Shown: positions 15,350-24,378 of the stretch, piece after piece
Layout: every line of letters starts with the position of its first letter
Position numbering within the stretch: position 1 is the stretch's first letter
Source of the DNA: a virus
Taxonomy: Duplodnaviria; Caudoviricetes
Virus record (IMG/VR): IMGVR_UViG_3300042868_005269
Coordinates: 1-61,405 of that record
Strand: one strand, 5' to 3'
Length of the DNA: 61,405 nt
Made by a program: the position numbers and the translations under genes
The notes under the pieces: model-generated
The model's input: the letters and a program-made list of their open reading frames with translations, nothing else
Databases searched by the model: none
What the model was told of the DNA's origin: nothing

Positions 15350-17905
15350 ATGGCGACGAACATTGACAAATCCCTTTTCCAACAGCCCATGGGCATCGAC
15401 GCCGCAGGCGAGAAGGAAGAGCCGATCGAGATTGAGATCGTAGACCCGGAAGCCGTGCGTATCAGCGCCGGGGACATGGACATTGAGATTGAGCCGGGCG
15501 AGCCCAGCGTCGATGACTTCGACGCCAACTTGGCCGAGTACCTGCCCGAAGGGGAGCTGGCCTCATTGGTCAGCGACCTTGACAGCGACGTGGACAACGA
15601 CCGCAACTCCCGCAAAGAGTGGGAAAAAGCCTACGTCATGGGCCTAAAACTGCTGGGCCTGCAGATCGAGGAGCGCACAGAGCCTTGGGATGGCGCGTCT
15701 GGCGTGTTCCACCCGATGATTACTGAGGCCGTTGTCAGGTTCCAGTCAGAGACAATCACCGAGACGTTCCCGGCCATGGGCCCCGTGCGCACAAAAATCG
15801 TGGGTAAAGAGACCCCCGAGAAGAAAGAAGCCGCCATGCGGGTCCAAGATGACATGAATTTCCAGCTGACGGAGGTCATGCAGGAGTTCCGCCCAGAGCA
15901 CGAGCGCATGCTGTGGAGCCTGCCAGCCACCGGTTCGGCGTTCAAAAAGGTCTACTTTGACCCTAATATCGGTCGTCAAACGTCGGTTTTTATCCCTGCG
16001 GAGGACATGTTGCTGCCCTACGGCACTTCGGACATCCAGAGTTGCTACCGCGTCACGCACGTCATGCGCAAGACCGAGAACGAGATCAAGAAACTCCAGC
16101 AGGCAGGCTTTTACCGCGACGTGGACATCGGCTCGCCTGACAAACACATCGAAGAGATCAACAAGGCCAAGGACAAAGAGACCGGCTTTGCCGATCTGAA
16201 CGACGAGCGCTACACCCTGTACGAGTCACACGTGGACTTGGTGGTCAAAGGCGATCCGCTGTGCGAGAAGGACGACGATGGCGAGCCGACAGGCATCGCG
16301 CTGCCGTACGTGCTGACGTACATCCGGGGCAACAACACCGTGCTGTCCCTGCGCCGTAACTGGGGAGAAGACGACAACCTGCATTTGAAGCGCCAGCACT
16401 TCGTGCACTACCAGTACATCCCCGGCTTTGGGGCCTACGGCTTCGGTCTGTTCCACCTGATCGGGGGGTTTGCCAACTCGGCCACCAGCTTGATGCGCCA
16501 GTTGATTGATGCCGGTACGCTGAGCAACCTGCCCGGTGGTTTGAAGTCCCGTGGTCTGCGGATCAAGGGCGACGACACGCCGATCGCTCCCGGCGAGTGG
16601 CGCGATGTGGACGTGGGCTCCGGGGCCATCCGCGACAACATCTTGCCGCTGCCTTACAAAGACCCAAGCCAGACGCTGTACAACTTGCTGAATACAGTGG
16701 TGGAAGAAGGTCGCCGGTTTGCTGCAACAGCGGACATGAAGATCAGCGACATGGGGGCCAATGCGCCTGTGGGCTCGACTCTGGCCCTGCTGGAGCGCCA
16801 GCTCAAAGTCATGACGGCCGTGCAGGCGCGTGTGCACTTCACCTTGAAGCAAGAACTGCAGTTGCTGGCGGCTATCATCCGCGACTACACGGACGACGAG
16901 TACACCTACGAGCCAGATGGCGAAGAAGGCCCACGGGCCAAGAAGGGCGACTACCGCCACGTGGACATCCTGCCCGTGAGCGACCCCAACGCGGCTACCC
17001 TCTCGCAGCGCGTGGTCCAGTACCAAGCAGTGATCCAGCTGGCGCAGTCCGCCCCTGACATCTACGACTTGCCAAAGCTCCACCGGGGCATGCTGGAGGT
17101 GCTGGGCATCAAGAACGCCGACAAGCTCGTGCCGCTGGATGAGGACCAAAAGCCCACCGACCCGGTGTCTGAGAACATGAACGTGCTCAAGGGTAAACCC
17201 TTAAAAGCGTTCCAGTATCAAGACCATCAGTCGCATATCCAAGTGCACATGTCGGCCATGCAGGACCCGATCATCATGCAGTTGATCGGCCAGAACCCAC
17301 AGGCACCGAAGATTCAAGCAGCCATGATGGCCCACATTGCCGAGCACGTTGGGTTTGCCTACCGCCAGAAGATTGAGCAGCAGTTGGGCATGCCCCTGCC
17401 GCCCGAAGGCGAGCCGTTGCCACCGCAAATCGAGATCGCCCTGTCCGGCATGATGGCCCAAGCTGCCCAGCAGGTGCTGCAGCAAAACCAAGCGCAAGCT
17501 GCGCAAAAGCAAGCTCAGCAGCAACAGCAAGACCCTGTTGTACAAATGCAACAACAGGAGCTCAAGATCAAAGAGGGCGAGTTGCAGATCAAGCAGCAAA
17601 AGGCTCAGGCTGACCAGCAGCAGGCAGCGCAGGAATTGCAGATCAAACAGCAGAAGGCTCAGGCTGACCAGCAACGCGCTGCACAAGAGATGACGATCAA
17701 AGAAAAGCAAATGCAAATTGACGCTGCCGCCCGCGCCGATGAGCTGGAGATCAAAGAAAAGCAAATGCAGATTGACGCTGCTTACAAGGCCGACAAGCTG
17801 GAGGCTGACCAAGAACGTGACGGTGCCCGTATGGGCGTCGACATTGCAAGAAGCAGACAACAGTCTGCTGCCCAAAACCAAAGGAAAGGTCCCGGTAACA
17901 AATGA
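15350..17905 (+). CDS. Portal protein (P22-like) with long Gln-rich C-terminal barrel
   Basis: Follows terL; 851 aa; GSAFKKVY, YGFGL, coiled-coil tail. Confidence 0.88.
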   Translation: MATNIDKSLFQQPMGIDAAGEKEEPIEIEIVDPEAVRISAGDMDIEIEPGEPSVDDFDANLAEYLPEGELASLVSDLDSDVDNDRNSRKEWEKAYVMGLKLLGLQIEERTEPWDGASGVFHPMITEAVVRFQSETITETFPAMGPVRTKIVGKETPEKKEAAMRVQDDMNFQLTEVMQEFRPEHERMLWSLPATGSAFKKVYFDPNIGRQTSVFIPAEDMLLPYGTSDIQSCYRVTHVMRKTENEIKKLQQAGFYRDVDIGSPDKHIEEINKAKDKETGFADLNDERYTLYESHVDLVVKGDPLCEKDDDGEPTGIALPYVLTYIRGNNTVLSLRRNWGEDDNLHLKRQHFVHYQYIPGFGAYGFGLFHLIGGFANSATSLMRQLIDAGTLSNLPGGLKSRGLRIKGDDTPIAPGEWRDVDVGSGAIRDNILPLPYKDPSQTLYNLLNTVVEEGRRFAATADMKISDMGANAPVGSTLALLERQLKVMTAVQARVHFTLKQELQLLAAIIRDYTDDEYTYEPDGEEGPRAKKGDYRHVDILPVSDPNAATLSQRVVQYQAVIQLAQSAPDIYDLPKLHRGMLEVLGIKNADKLVPLDEDQKPTDPVSENMNVLKGKPLKAFQYQDHQSHIQVHMSAMQDPIIMQLIGQNPQAPKIQAAMMAHIAEHVGFAYRQKIEQQLGMPLPPEGEPLPPQIEIALSGMMAQAAQQVLQQNQAQAAQKQAQQQQQDPVVQMQQQELKIKEGELQIKQQKAQADQQQAAQELQIKQQKAQADQQRAAQEMTIKEKQMQIDAAARADELEIKEKQMQIDAAYKADKLEADQERDGARMGVDIARSRQQSAAQNQRKGPGNK

Positions 17906-18096
17906 TCTCCGACTTCGCACGCGTATTGCGCGAAAAAATACGCATCGACATGAACAACTACGCCGATGACTTGGCGGGTGGGGCATGTCGCTCATTCGAC
18001 GATTACCAAAAACTCTGCGGCGTGATTCAAGGCCTAGCTACCGCAGAGCGTCACCTCCTCGACCTTGTAGAGAAAGTAGAGCAATCAGATGAGTGA
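17902..18096 (+). CDS. Small head-module protein
   Basis: LAGG...DDYQKLCGVIQGL; coupled to portal. Confidence 0.75.
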   Translation: MISDFARVLREKIRIDMNNYADDLAGGACRSFDDYQKLCGVIQGLATAERHLLDLVEKVEQSDE

Positions 18097-18523
18097 AATC
18101 ATTCTGCCTCCGGGCATCACACTGCCCAAACACATCCAACCCCTTGACGCCCCAGAGGCCGATGCGGGAGACGAAACAAAAGCATCTGCGCTGCCTATCC
18201 CTACGGGATACAAGCTGCTGTGCATCGTGCCCGAGGTCGATGAAAAGATCGCCGGTACGAGCCTCGACCTCGTTCGAGATGCTGCGACCCTACGAGCGGA
18301 AGAACACGCCACCACGGTGTTGTTCGTCATGCGGGTCGGACCAGACGCTTACAAAGACACCGCCAAGTTCCCGTCAGGGGCGTGGTGCAAGGAAGGTGAC
18401 TTTGTGCTCGTGCGCACCTATACAGGTACGCGTTTCAAGGTGTTTGGTAAGGAGTTCAGGGTTCTGAACGACGACCAAATTGAGTGTGTTGTGCAAGACC
18501 CACGCGGTTACACCCGCGCATAA
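18089..18523 (+). CDS. groES: GroES/Cpn10-like co-chaperonin
   Basis: PTGYKLL...V.RVGPDAY...GDFVL...G..F...LNDDQI.CVV. Confidence 0.8.
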   Translation: MSEIILPPGITLPKHIQPLDAPEADAGDETKASALPIPTGYKLLCIVPEVDEKIAGTSLDLVRDAATLRAEEHATTVLFVMRVGPDAYKDTAKFPSGAWCKEGDFVLVRTYTGTRFKVFGKEFRVLNDDQIECVVQDPRGYTRA

Positions 18524-18532
18524 GGAGCAGAA

Positions 18533-19483
18533 ATGAGTGAGTACAAATTCCCAGACGAACTTGAGGACGAAGCCAAGTCCCAAGTAACCGTCTCAACAGA
18601 CGACGATGTCGAGATTGAGATCGTTGATGACACGCCTGAGCGTGACCGTGGCCGCAAGCCGCTGGACCGCGATGTGGCCGACCCCACGGACGACGAGATT
18701 GAGTCCTACTCCGACGGCGTCAAGAAGCGCATCAAGGAGCTGACCCATGCCCGTCACGACGAGCGCCGGGCCAAAGAGTCCCTCCTGCGTGAGAAGCAGG
18801 AGTTGGAGCGCCTTGCTCAGCACATGGTGGCCGAGAACAACCGTCTCAAGCAGTACGTGAACTCGGGCACTGAGCACTACGCCGCATCCCAGCTCACGAT
18901 TGCTGAGACCGAGGTGGATAAGGCCAAGCGGCAGCTCAAGGAAGCTACGGAGGCTTTTGACACAGATGGCGTCATTGCGGCACAAGATGCCCTGATGGAC
19001 GCCAAGATGAAAGTGCAGGCTGCAAAAAATTTCAAGCCCACCCCTTTACAGGTGGATGAAACTGCGGTACAACAGCAACAAAACCAAGCACCCCGTCAAG
19101 AACTTGACGATAAAACTGCACGCTGGCAGGCAAAAAACCAGTGGTTCGGTTCACCGGGGTACGAGGAAGTCACCAGCTTTGCACTAGGGCTGCACCAAAA
19201 GCTAGTCAACACCGGGGTTGATCCCCGCTCCGACGAATACTTCGAGCGCATTGATGCTCGCATGAAGTCTACGTTCCCCGAAGTTTTCGGTGGTACGGAG
19301 GACCGGCCAAAATCTGGCGATAGCTCCAAGCGACCTACATCGGTTGTGGCTCCGGCGACTCGTTCGACGGGGGCACGCAAAGTCCAGTTGACTCCTACGC
19401 AGGTTGCGTTGGCGAAAAAATACGGATTAACCCCGCAGCAATACGCTGCTGAAGTAGCAAAACTGGAGAAATCGAATGGCTGA
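18533..19483 (+). CDS. Scaffolding protein (putative)
   Basis: Acidic N-terminus, coiled coil, position before capsid genes. Confidence 0.7.
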   Translation: MSEYKFPDELEDEAKSQVTVSTDDDVEIEIVDDTPERDRGRKPLDRDVADPTDDEIESYSDGVKKRIKELTHARHDERRAKESLLREKQELERLAQHMVAENNRLKQYVNSGTEHYAASQLTIAETEVDKAKRQLKEATEAFDTDGVIAAQDALMDAKMKVQAAKNFKPTPLQVDETAVQQQQNQAPRQELDDKTARWQAKNQWFGSPGYEEVTSFALGLHQKLVNTGVDPRSDEYFERIDARMKSTFPEVFGGTEDRPKSGDSSKRPTSVVAPATRSTGARKVQLTPTQVALAKKYGLTPQQYAAEVAKLEKSNG

Positions 19484-19934
19484 AACAATCAACCGGAACC
19501 CCCGTGCACTTGAGGCACGCGATAAAACGACTCGTTATGTGTATACACCTGCGAGTTCACTGCCTGATCCAACCCCTGAGCCCGGTATGGTGTATCGCTG
19601 GATTGCGACACACGTACTTGGCGAAGCCCAAAACACGAACGTGTCTACCAAGATGCGTGAAGGTTGGGAACCGGTCAAAGCAGTAGACCATCCGGAACTG
19701 ATGCTGGAGGGTAATGCAAAAACTGGCAACGTCGAACTCGGCGGCCTCATGCTCTGCAAGATGCCACGTGAACGCGCTCAAGCCCGTGATGAGTATTACG
19801 CTAAACAAGCGCAGGCCCAGATGGAATCTGTGGATAACAGTTTCATGCGAAACAATGACCCCCGCATGCCGCTTTTCGCTGACCGCAAGTCATCGACCAG
19901 TCGCGGTGGTGGTTTTGGTTCTGGTTCAAAGTAA
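19476..19934 (+). CDS. Conserved head-module protein
   Basis: YRWI...EGWEPV...GGLMLCK pattern. Confidence 0.7.
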   Translation: MAETINRNPRALEARDKTTRYVYTPASSLPDPTPEPGMVYRWIATHVLGEAQNTNVSTKMREGWEPVKAVDHPELMLEGNAKTGNVELGGLMLCKMPRERAQARDEYYAKQAQAQMESVDNSFMRNNDPRMPLFADRKSSTSRGGGFGSGSK

Positions 19935-19948
19935 CAAGGAGTCTTTAA

Positions 19949-20557
19949 ATGGCACTTACAGCTACCCCCTACGGGCTGATCCCCGTAAATCGTATCGACG
20001 GCATGCCTTATGCTGGCGCTACTTCGCAGTTTCTGATCGACCCCGCTGGCGAAGCGACCAACCTGTTTTACGGGCAAGTCGTTATCATCGGTGCCGACGG
20101 TTACATTGCTCTGTCAACCGCTACTGGCGCTGACCTGACTACCAACAACCTTGGTGGTTCGAGTCTTGGTGCTATCGGCGTGTTTGTCGGTTGCTCCTAC
20201 GTCAACGCACAAGGTCAGCAAATCTACGGCCAGTACTACCCCTCTGGCACTGCCAACGGTGGTCCTATCACGGCATACGTGGTTACTGACGACAGCGTGA
20301 CGTTCCAAGCTCAGCTGGATGGCACCGCCACTCAAGCCGCTTTGGGCGCTAACACCTTCTTTGCTGCTGCACAGTCCACCTCTACAGGTTCTACCCGTAC
20401 AGGTAACTCGACCAGCGCATTGGAGTCGACTGTTGTCACGACCGCTGCCGCGTTCAAAATCATCGGCTTTGCATCCCCTGTGAGTGACGCTTTCCCAGAC
20501 GTTCTGGTTAAGTTCAATCCGGGCGCACACGCCTTTTCCAACGCCGTCGGCATCTAA
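19949..20557 (+). CDS. Capsid decoration/cement protein (putative)
   Basis: Beta-rich, directly upstream of major capsid; strong RBS. Confidence 0.6.
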   Translation: MALTATPYGLIPVNRIDGMPYAGATSQFLIDPAGEATNLFYGQVVIIGADGYIALSTATGADLTTNNLGGSSLGAIGVFVGCSYVNAQGQQIYGQYYPSGTANGGPITAYVVTDDSVTFQAQLDGTATQAALGANTFFAAAQSTSTGSTRTGNSTSALESTVVTTAAAFKIIGFASPVSDAFPDVLVKFNPGAHAFSNAVGI

Positions 20558-20568
20558 GGAGCTAAACC

Positions 20569-21501
20569 ATGGCTATTTCACGCGCACAACTGCTCAAAGA
20601 GCTGCTCCCCGGTTTGAACGCCTTGTTCGGTTTGGAGTACGCACGCTACGGCGAGCAACACAAAGAAATCTACGAGACAGAGAAATCTGAGCGTAGCTTT
20701 GAAGAAGAGACCAAGCTGTCCGGTTTTGGCGCTGCTCCTGTCAAGAACGAAGGCTCCGCCATCGCTTATGACAACGCGCAGGAAGCCTTCACTGCACGCT
20801 ACACCCACGAAACCATCGCTTTGGGCTTCTCCATCACGGAAGAAGCTGTGGAAGACAACCTGTACGACAGTCTGTCTGCCCGCTACACCAAGGCTCTGGC
20901 TCGCGGTATGGCTTACACCAAGCAAGTCAAAGCGGCTTCCGTGCTGAACACCGGCTTCGCCGGTACAGCTCTGGGCGGCGACGGCGTGTCTTTGTTCGGC
21001 AACAACTCCAGCGGCACTCGCGTTGGTCACCCTCTGGTCGGCGGCGGCGTTAACTACAACAGCCCCACCACCGGTGTTGACCTGAACGAGACTTCCTTGG
21101 AAAACGCAACGATCCAGATCGCTGCGTGGACTGATGAACGTGGCCTGTTGATCGCTGCCAAGCCTGTCAAGTTGATCATCCCTCCATCACTGATGTTCGT
21201 TGCCAAGCGCTTGCTGGACACCGAACTGCGTGTTGGTACTGCTGACAACGACATCAACGCGTTGAAGCAGATGGGTACCATCTCTGGCGGCTACACCGTC
21301 AACAACTTCTTGACCGACACAAACGCTTGGTTCTTGACCACAGACGTTCCAAACGGCCTGAAGCATTTCGAGCGTACCGCTCTGTCCACTTCGATGGACG
21401 GCGACTTTGATACCGGCAACGTCCGTTACAAAGCCCGCGAGCGTTATTCGTTCGGCTGGTCTGACCCATTGGGTATGTGGGGCTCTTCAGGTTCGACCTG
21501 A
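20569..21501 (+). CDS. Major capsid protein
   Basis: MAISRAQLLKELLPGL...KNEG.AI.YD...LIIPP...YKARERYSFG; TAAGGAG RBS; terminator follows. Confidence 0.9.
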   Translation: MAISRAQLLKELLPGLNALFGLEYARYGEQHKEIYETEKSERSFEEETKLSGFGAAPVKNEGSAIAYDNAQEAFTARYTHETIALGFSITEEAVEDNLYDSLSARYTKALARGMAYTKQVKAASVLNTGFAGTALGGDGVSLFGNNSSGTRVGHPLVGGGVNYNSPTTGVDLNETSLENATIQIAAWTDERGLLIAAKPVKLIIPPSLMFVAKRLLDTELRVGTADNDINALKQMGTISGGYTVNNFLTDTNAWFLTTDVPNGLKHFERTALSTSMDGDFDTGNVRYKARERYSFGWSDPLGMWGSSGST

Positions 21502-21510
21502 TAGAAGCGG

Positions 21511-21540
21511 AAAAAGGGGCCTTGTGCCCCTTTTTCTTTT
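21511..21540 (+). terminator. Rho-independent terminator (bidirectional)
   Basis: aaaaaggggc cttgt gcccc tttttctttt. Confidence 0.85.
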
Positions 21541-21550
21541 GGTGTATATT
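21522..21550 (+). promoter_or_regulatory. Putative sigma70 promoter overlapping the terminator
   Basis: TTGTGC-N17-TATATT. Confidence 0.5.
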
Positions 21551-21559
21551 GCCACCACT

Positions 21560-21632
21560 CCCGGACTTTTCCGGTGTATCTGACGGCTCCGGGCCGACGT
21601 CATGCAGACAGATACGCCTCAACCGCATGAGG
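21560..21632 (+). ncRNA. Structured 5' leader RNA (kissing loop/pseudoknot)
   Basis: Stems 21560-65/21588-93 and 21600-05/21625-30; 10-bp loop-loop pairing 21573-82/21609-18. Confidence 0.6.
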
Positions 21633-21640
21633 AAAATACC

Positions 21641-22060
21641 ATGTCTTTGACCACCTTCTCCGGCCCAGTACGTTCTTTGAACGGTTTCATCACTGGCCAC
21701 CAGCCCACCGCTTTCAACGCAATCAACGCAACAGCCACTGCAACAGCGGCTCAAGTTGCTGACGGTTACATTACCTCGACTTCGGCTGCCGCCACCACCA
21801 TTACGCTGCCCACGGGCACGTTGTTGGGCGCTGCACTAGGCGCTTCGCAGGGCACATCGTTTGACCTGTACGTAGACAACACCGCTGGCGCAAACACTGT
21901 GACTATTGCGGTTGCCACCAATGGCATCTTGTCCAGCGCTGCTGCTGACACTGCCGGTTCGTTTGGCGACCTGACGATTGCTGCTGGCGCTACTGGTCTG
22001 GCACGATTCACAATCATGTTCTCCAGCGCCACAGCGTACGTGTTTACCCGCACTGCCTAA
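21641..22060 (+). CDS. Virion structural protein (head decoration/fibre-like)
   Basis: MSLTTFSGPVRS; Ala/Thr-rich beta protein; GAGG RBS. Confidence 0.7.
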   Translation: MSLTTFSGPVRSLNGFITGHQPTAFNAINATATATAAQVADGYITSTSAAATTITLPTGTLLGAALGASQGTSFDLYVDNTAGANTVTIAVATNGILSSAAADTAGSFGDLTIAAGATGLARFTIMFSSATAYVFTRTA

Positions 22061-22069
22061 TCAACCTCT

Positions 22070-22090
22070 GGGGCTTCGGCCCCTGTTTTA
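22070..22090 (+). terminator. Rho-independent terminator
   Basis: ggggc-TTCG-gcccc tgtttt (cUUCGg tetraloop). Confidence 0.75.
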
Positions 22091-22103
22091 AAGGAGATTG
22101 ATT

Positions 22104-22577
22104 ATGACGATGCAATTTGACGTTAAATCGCAACACGCGGCCGTTTCCGGCCTTATGGTTCCGTACCGAACTCGTTTGAAGGGGGCGGTAATATTCCCTT
22201 TTTCAGCCGCAACGGGCTACAGCGTATTTGTGAACGATGTTTCTATTTCAGGCACATACGCACGCACTACGACCACTGCAACCGTAACCGCAACAGCCCA
22301 CGGCTTGTCTACGGGTCAGTGGGTGTACTTGGACTGGGATTTGACTGACAACCCTTACCAAGTGACTGTGACAAACGCCAACGTCTTTACGGTAACTGTG
22401 GCAGACAGCGGCGCAGCAAGCGGTAACGTCACCGTCTGGAACCAAGTGCTCCTCCAAGCAGATGCGTCTAATGCAACGGCGTTTAACTTAGTTATCCCCG
22501 GAGAAGGCATTATGGCTAAAGACGGAATTCGGACTTTCCTTGCAACCGACGTGCACTGCACGGTGTTTTATGGCTAA
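22104..22577 (+). CDS. Virion structural protein
   Basis: AAGGAG RBS; ATVTATAHGLSTG...FTV beta-barrel insert. Confidence 0.7.
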   Translation: MTMQFDVKSQHAAVSGLMVPYRTRLKGAVIFPFSAATGYSVFVNDVSISGTYARTTTTATVTATAHGLSTGQWVYLDWDLTDNPYQVTVTNANVFTVTVADSGAASGNVTVWNQVLLQADASNATAFNLVIPGEGIMAKDGIRTFLATDVHCTVFYG

Positions 22578-22824
22578 GAGCCCCGCATGGACACGCAAAG
22601 AAGGCAAGTCCGAGAAGGGCGGCTTGAACGCAAAGGGGCGGGCGTCTTACAACAAGGCCAACCCCGGCAAGCCCGGCCTGAAGGCTCCCCAGCCAGAGGG
22701 CGGCAAACGCCGCGACTCTTTTTGCGCCCGGATGGAAGGCATGAAGTCAAAACTGACCAGTGCCAAAACAGCCAAAGACCCGGACTCGCGGATCAACAAA
22801 AGCTTGCGGGCTTGGAAGTGCTGA
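22570..22824 (+). CDS. Small basic protein (DUF6321-like)
   Basis: MAKSPAWTRKEGK...GGLN.KGR...RRDSFCARM...SLRAWKC. Confidence 0.75.
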   Translation: MAKSPAWTRKEGKSEKGGLNAKGRASYNKANPGKPGLKAPQPEGGKRRDSFCARMEGMKSKLTSAKTAKDPDSRINKSLRAWKC

Positions 22825-22825
22825 C

Positions 22826-23074
22826 ATGGAACTGATGGTATGGAACGTGATTCTGTCATTCGCATCTGCCCTGATCCTGTTGTGGGTCAAAGGCGTGCAC
22901 GAAGAACTCAAGCGCGTTCAAATTTTGCTCAACAAGACTCGGGAAGAGATGCCCAAGGAGTACGTGACTAAGGCTGATGTCCACAACGACATGAACCGCG
23001 TCATTCAACGCCTTGATCGTCTTGATGCCAAGCTCGATGAGTTTATGAAGGAGCAGCGCAGTGCCCTCGGTTAG
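22826..23074 (+). CDS. Small protein with N-terminal TM helix and coiled coil
   Basis: WNVILSFASALILLWV then YVTKAD...RLDRLDAKLD. Confidence 0.7.
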   Translation: MELMVWNVILSFASALILLWVKGVHEELKRVQILLNKTREEMPKEYVTKADVHNDMNRVIQRLDRLDAKLDEFMKEQRSALG

Positions 23075-23390
23075 CAAGAAGCAGCACAACTTCATGGCGG
23101 CGGTGGCCAACAACCCATCGTTTGCCAAGAAAACAGGCGTCCCACAGTCCGTGGGCAAAGAATTCTCCAACGCGGACAAGAGCCGCAAATTCAAAGAAGG
23201 TGGCGATATGGCAACGAAAATGAACCCTGCTTTCAAAGCAATGATCGAGAAGAAAAAGGCAGGCGCTAAACCCGCAGGCAAGATGATGGAGCCAAAGGGC
23301 AAGCCGTTTGCCAAGGGCGGCGGCATCGAGTCCAAGGGTAAGACCAAGGGCAAGATGATCACCATGAAGTCCGGCGGCAAGACCTGCTAA
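23061..23390 (+). CDS. Small basic protein with xxxGG motifs
   Basis: MPSVSKKQHNFMAAVA; FKEGG, FAKGG, MKSGG. Confidence 0.7.
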   Translation: MPSVSKKQHNFMAAVANNPSFAKKTGVPQSVGKEFSNADKSRKFKEGGDMATKMNPAFKAMIEKKKAGAKPAGKMMEPKGKPFAKGGGIESKGKTKGKMITMKSGGKTC

Positions 23391-23399
23391 GGAGCTACC

Positions 23400-23585
23400 A
23401 TGAGCCCCGCTGAAAAAGAAGCCCGCCAGATGATGGCGGACAAAAAGGCTGCTGAAGCGGCCGAAAAAGCCTACAACGCTGCCAGCACCACGTCTCCCAA
23501 GCCTGCGGACAAAAAAGCCAAAGGCGGTGTTACGCGTGCGGATGGCTGCGTGACCAAGGGCCACACAAAAGGTAGGATGGTTTAA
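23400..23585 (+). CDS. Small basic protein
   Basis: TAAGGAG RBS; C-terminal AKGGVTRADGCVTKGHTKGRMV. Confidence 0.75.
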   Translation: MSPAEKEARQMMADKKAAEAAEKAYNAASTTSPKPADKKAKGGVTRADGCVTKGHTKGRMV

Positions 23586-23587
23586 TC

Positions 23588-23866
23588 ATGAAATTCTCTG
23601 ACATTTCCCCTCTGGCAGGCATGGTTACGGGCGAAGGCGCGATGGGTAAGCTCATTGGCAAAGGTCTTGGCGGTGTGCTGCCTGCGGCAATTGCGCGCCG
23701 GGCACAAAAAGACGCCGCTGAAGAAGAGCGCCAAAAAGCGATTGCCGCTTCCGCGCAAGGCCAGCCGATGAAAAAAGGCGGCAAGGCCAAAGGCCATGCC
23801 AAGGGCGGCGTGACCCGCGCAGACGGTTGTGTGACCAAGGGTCACACAAAAGGAAAGATGGTCTGA
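23588..23866 (+). CDS. Small basic protein
   Basis: C-terminal AKGGVTRADGCVTKGHTKGKMV. Confidence 0.75.
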   Translation: MKFSDISPLAGMVTGEGAMGKLIGKGLGGVLPAAIARRAQKDAAEEERQKAIAASAQGQPMKKGGKAKGHAKGGVTRADGCVTKGHTKGKMV

Positions 23867-23867
23867 C

Positions 23868-24143
23868 ATGATGGCCAGTCGCGGCATGGGGGACATCGCC
23901 CCCTCCAAAATGCCCAAAGGCGTGAAAAAAGCACGCCGGGATGACACCGACTTCACGCAGTACGCTGAAGGCGGCAAAGTCAATGCGGCTGGCAATTACA
24001 CCAAGCCCAGTTTGCGCAAGCGGATTGTGAGCCAAGTCAAGTCGGCCGCAACGCAAGGCACAGGGGCAGGTCAGTGGTCAGCCCGAAAAGCACAGCTTGT
24101 GGCCAAAAAGTACAAGGCCGCTGGCGGCGGGTACCGAGACTGA
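23868..24143 (+). CDS. Small basic protein (DUF5872-like, N-terminal part)
   Basis: YAEGG; NYTKPSLRKRI...GQWSARKAQL..KKYKAAGGGY. Confidence 0.7.
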   Translation: MMASRGMGDIAPSKMPKGVKKARRDDTDFTQYAEGGKVNAAGNYTKPSLRKRIVSQVKSAATQGTGAGQWSARKAQLVAKKYKAAGGGYRD

Positions 24144-24144
24144 C

Positions 24145-24378
24145 ATGAAGGCTCCCCAGCAATCCCTCAAAGACTGGGGCGACCAGAAGTGGCGCACCAA
24201 GAGTGGAAAGCCGTCTTCAAAAACAGGTGAGCGCTATTTGCCGGAGAAGGCGATAAAATCGCTCAGCCCCGCAGAGTATGCAGCGACCACAAAAGCCAAG
24301 CGTGCTGGTAAGGCGGCGGGCAAACAGTTTGTGGCCCAGCCCAAGACCATCGCAAAGAAAACAGCAGGGTTCAGATAA
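24145..24378 (+). CDS. Small basic protein (DUF5872-like, C-terminal part)
   Basis: QSLKDWGDQKWRTKSGK...RYLPEKA...GKQFV.QP. Confidence 0.7.
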   Translation: MKAPQQSLKDWGDQKWRTKSGKPSSKTGERYLPEKAIKSLSPAEYAATTKAKRAGKAAGKQFVAQPKTIAKKTAGFR

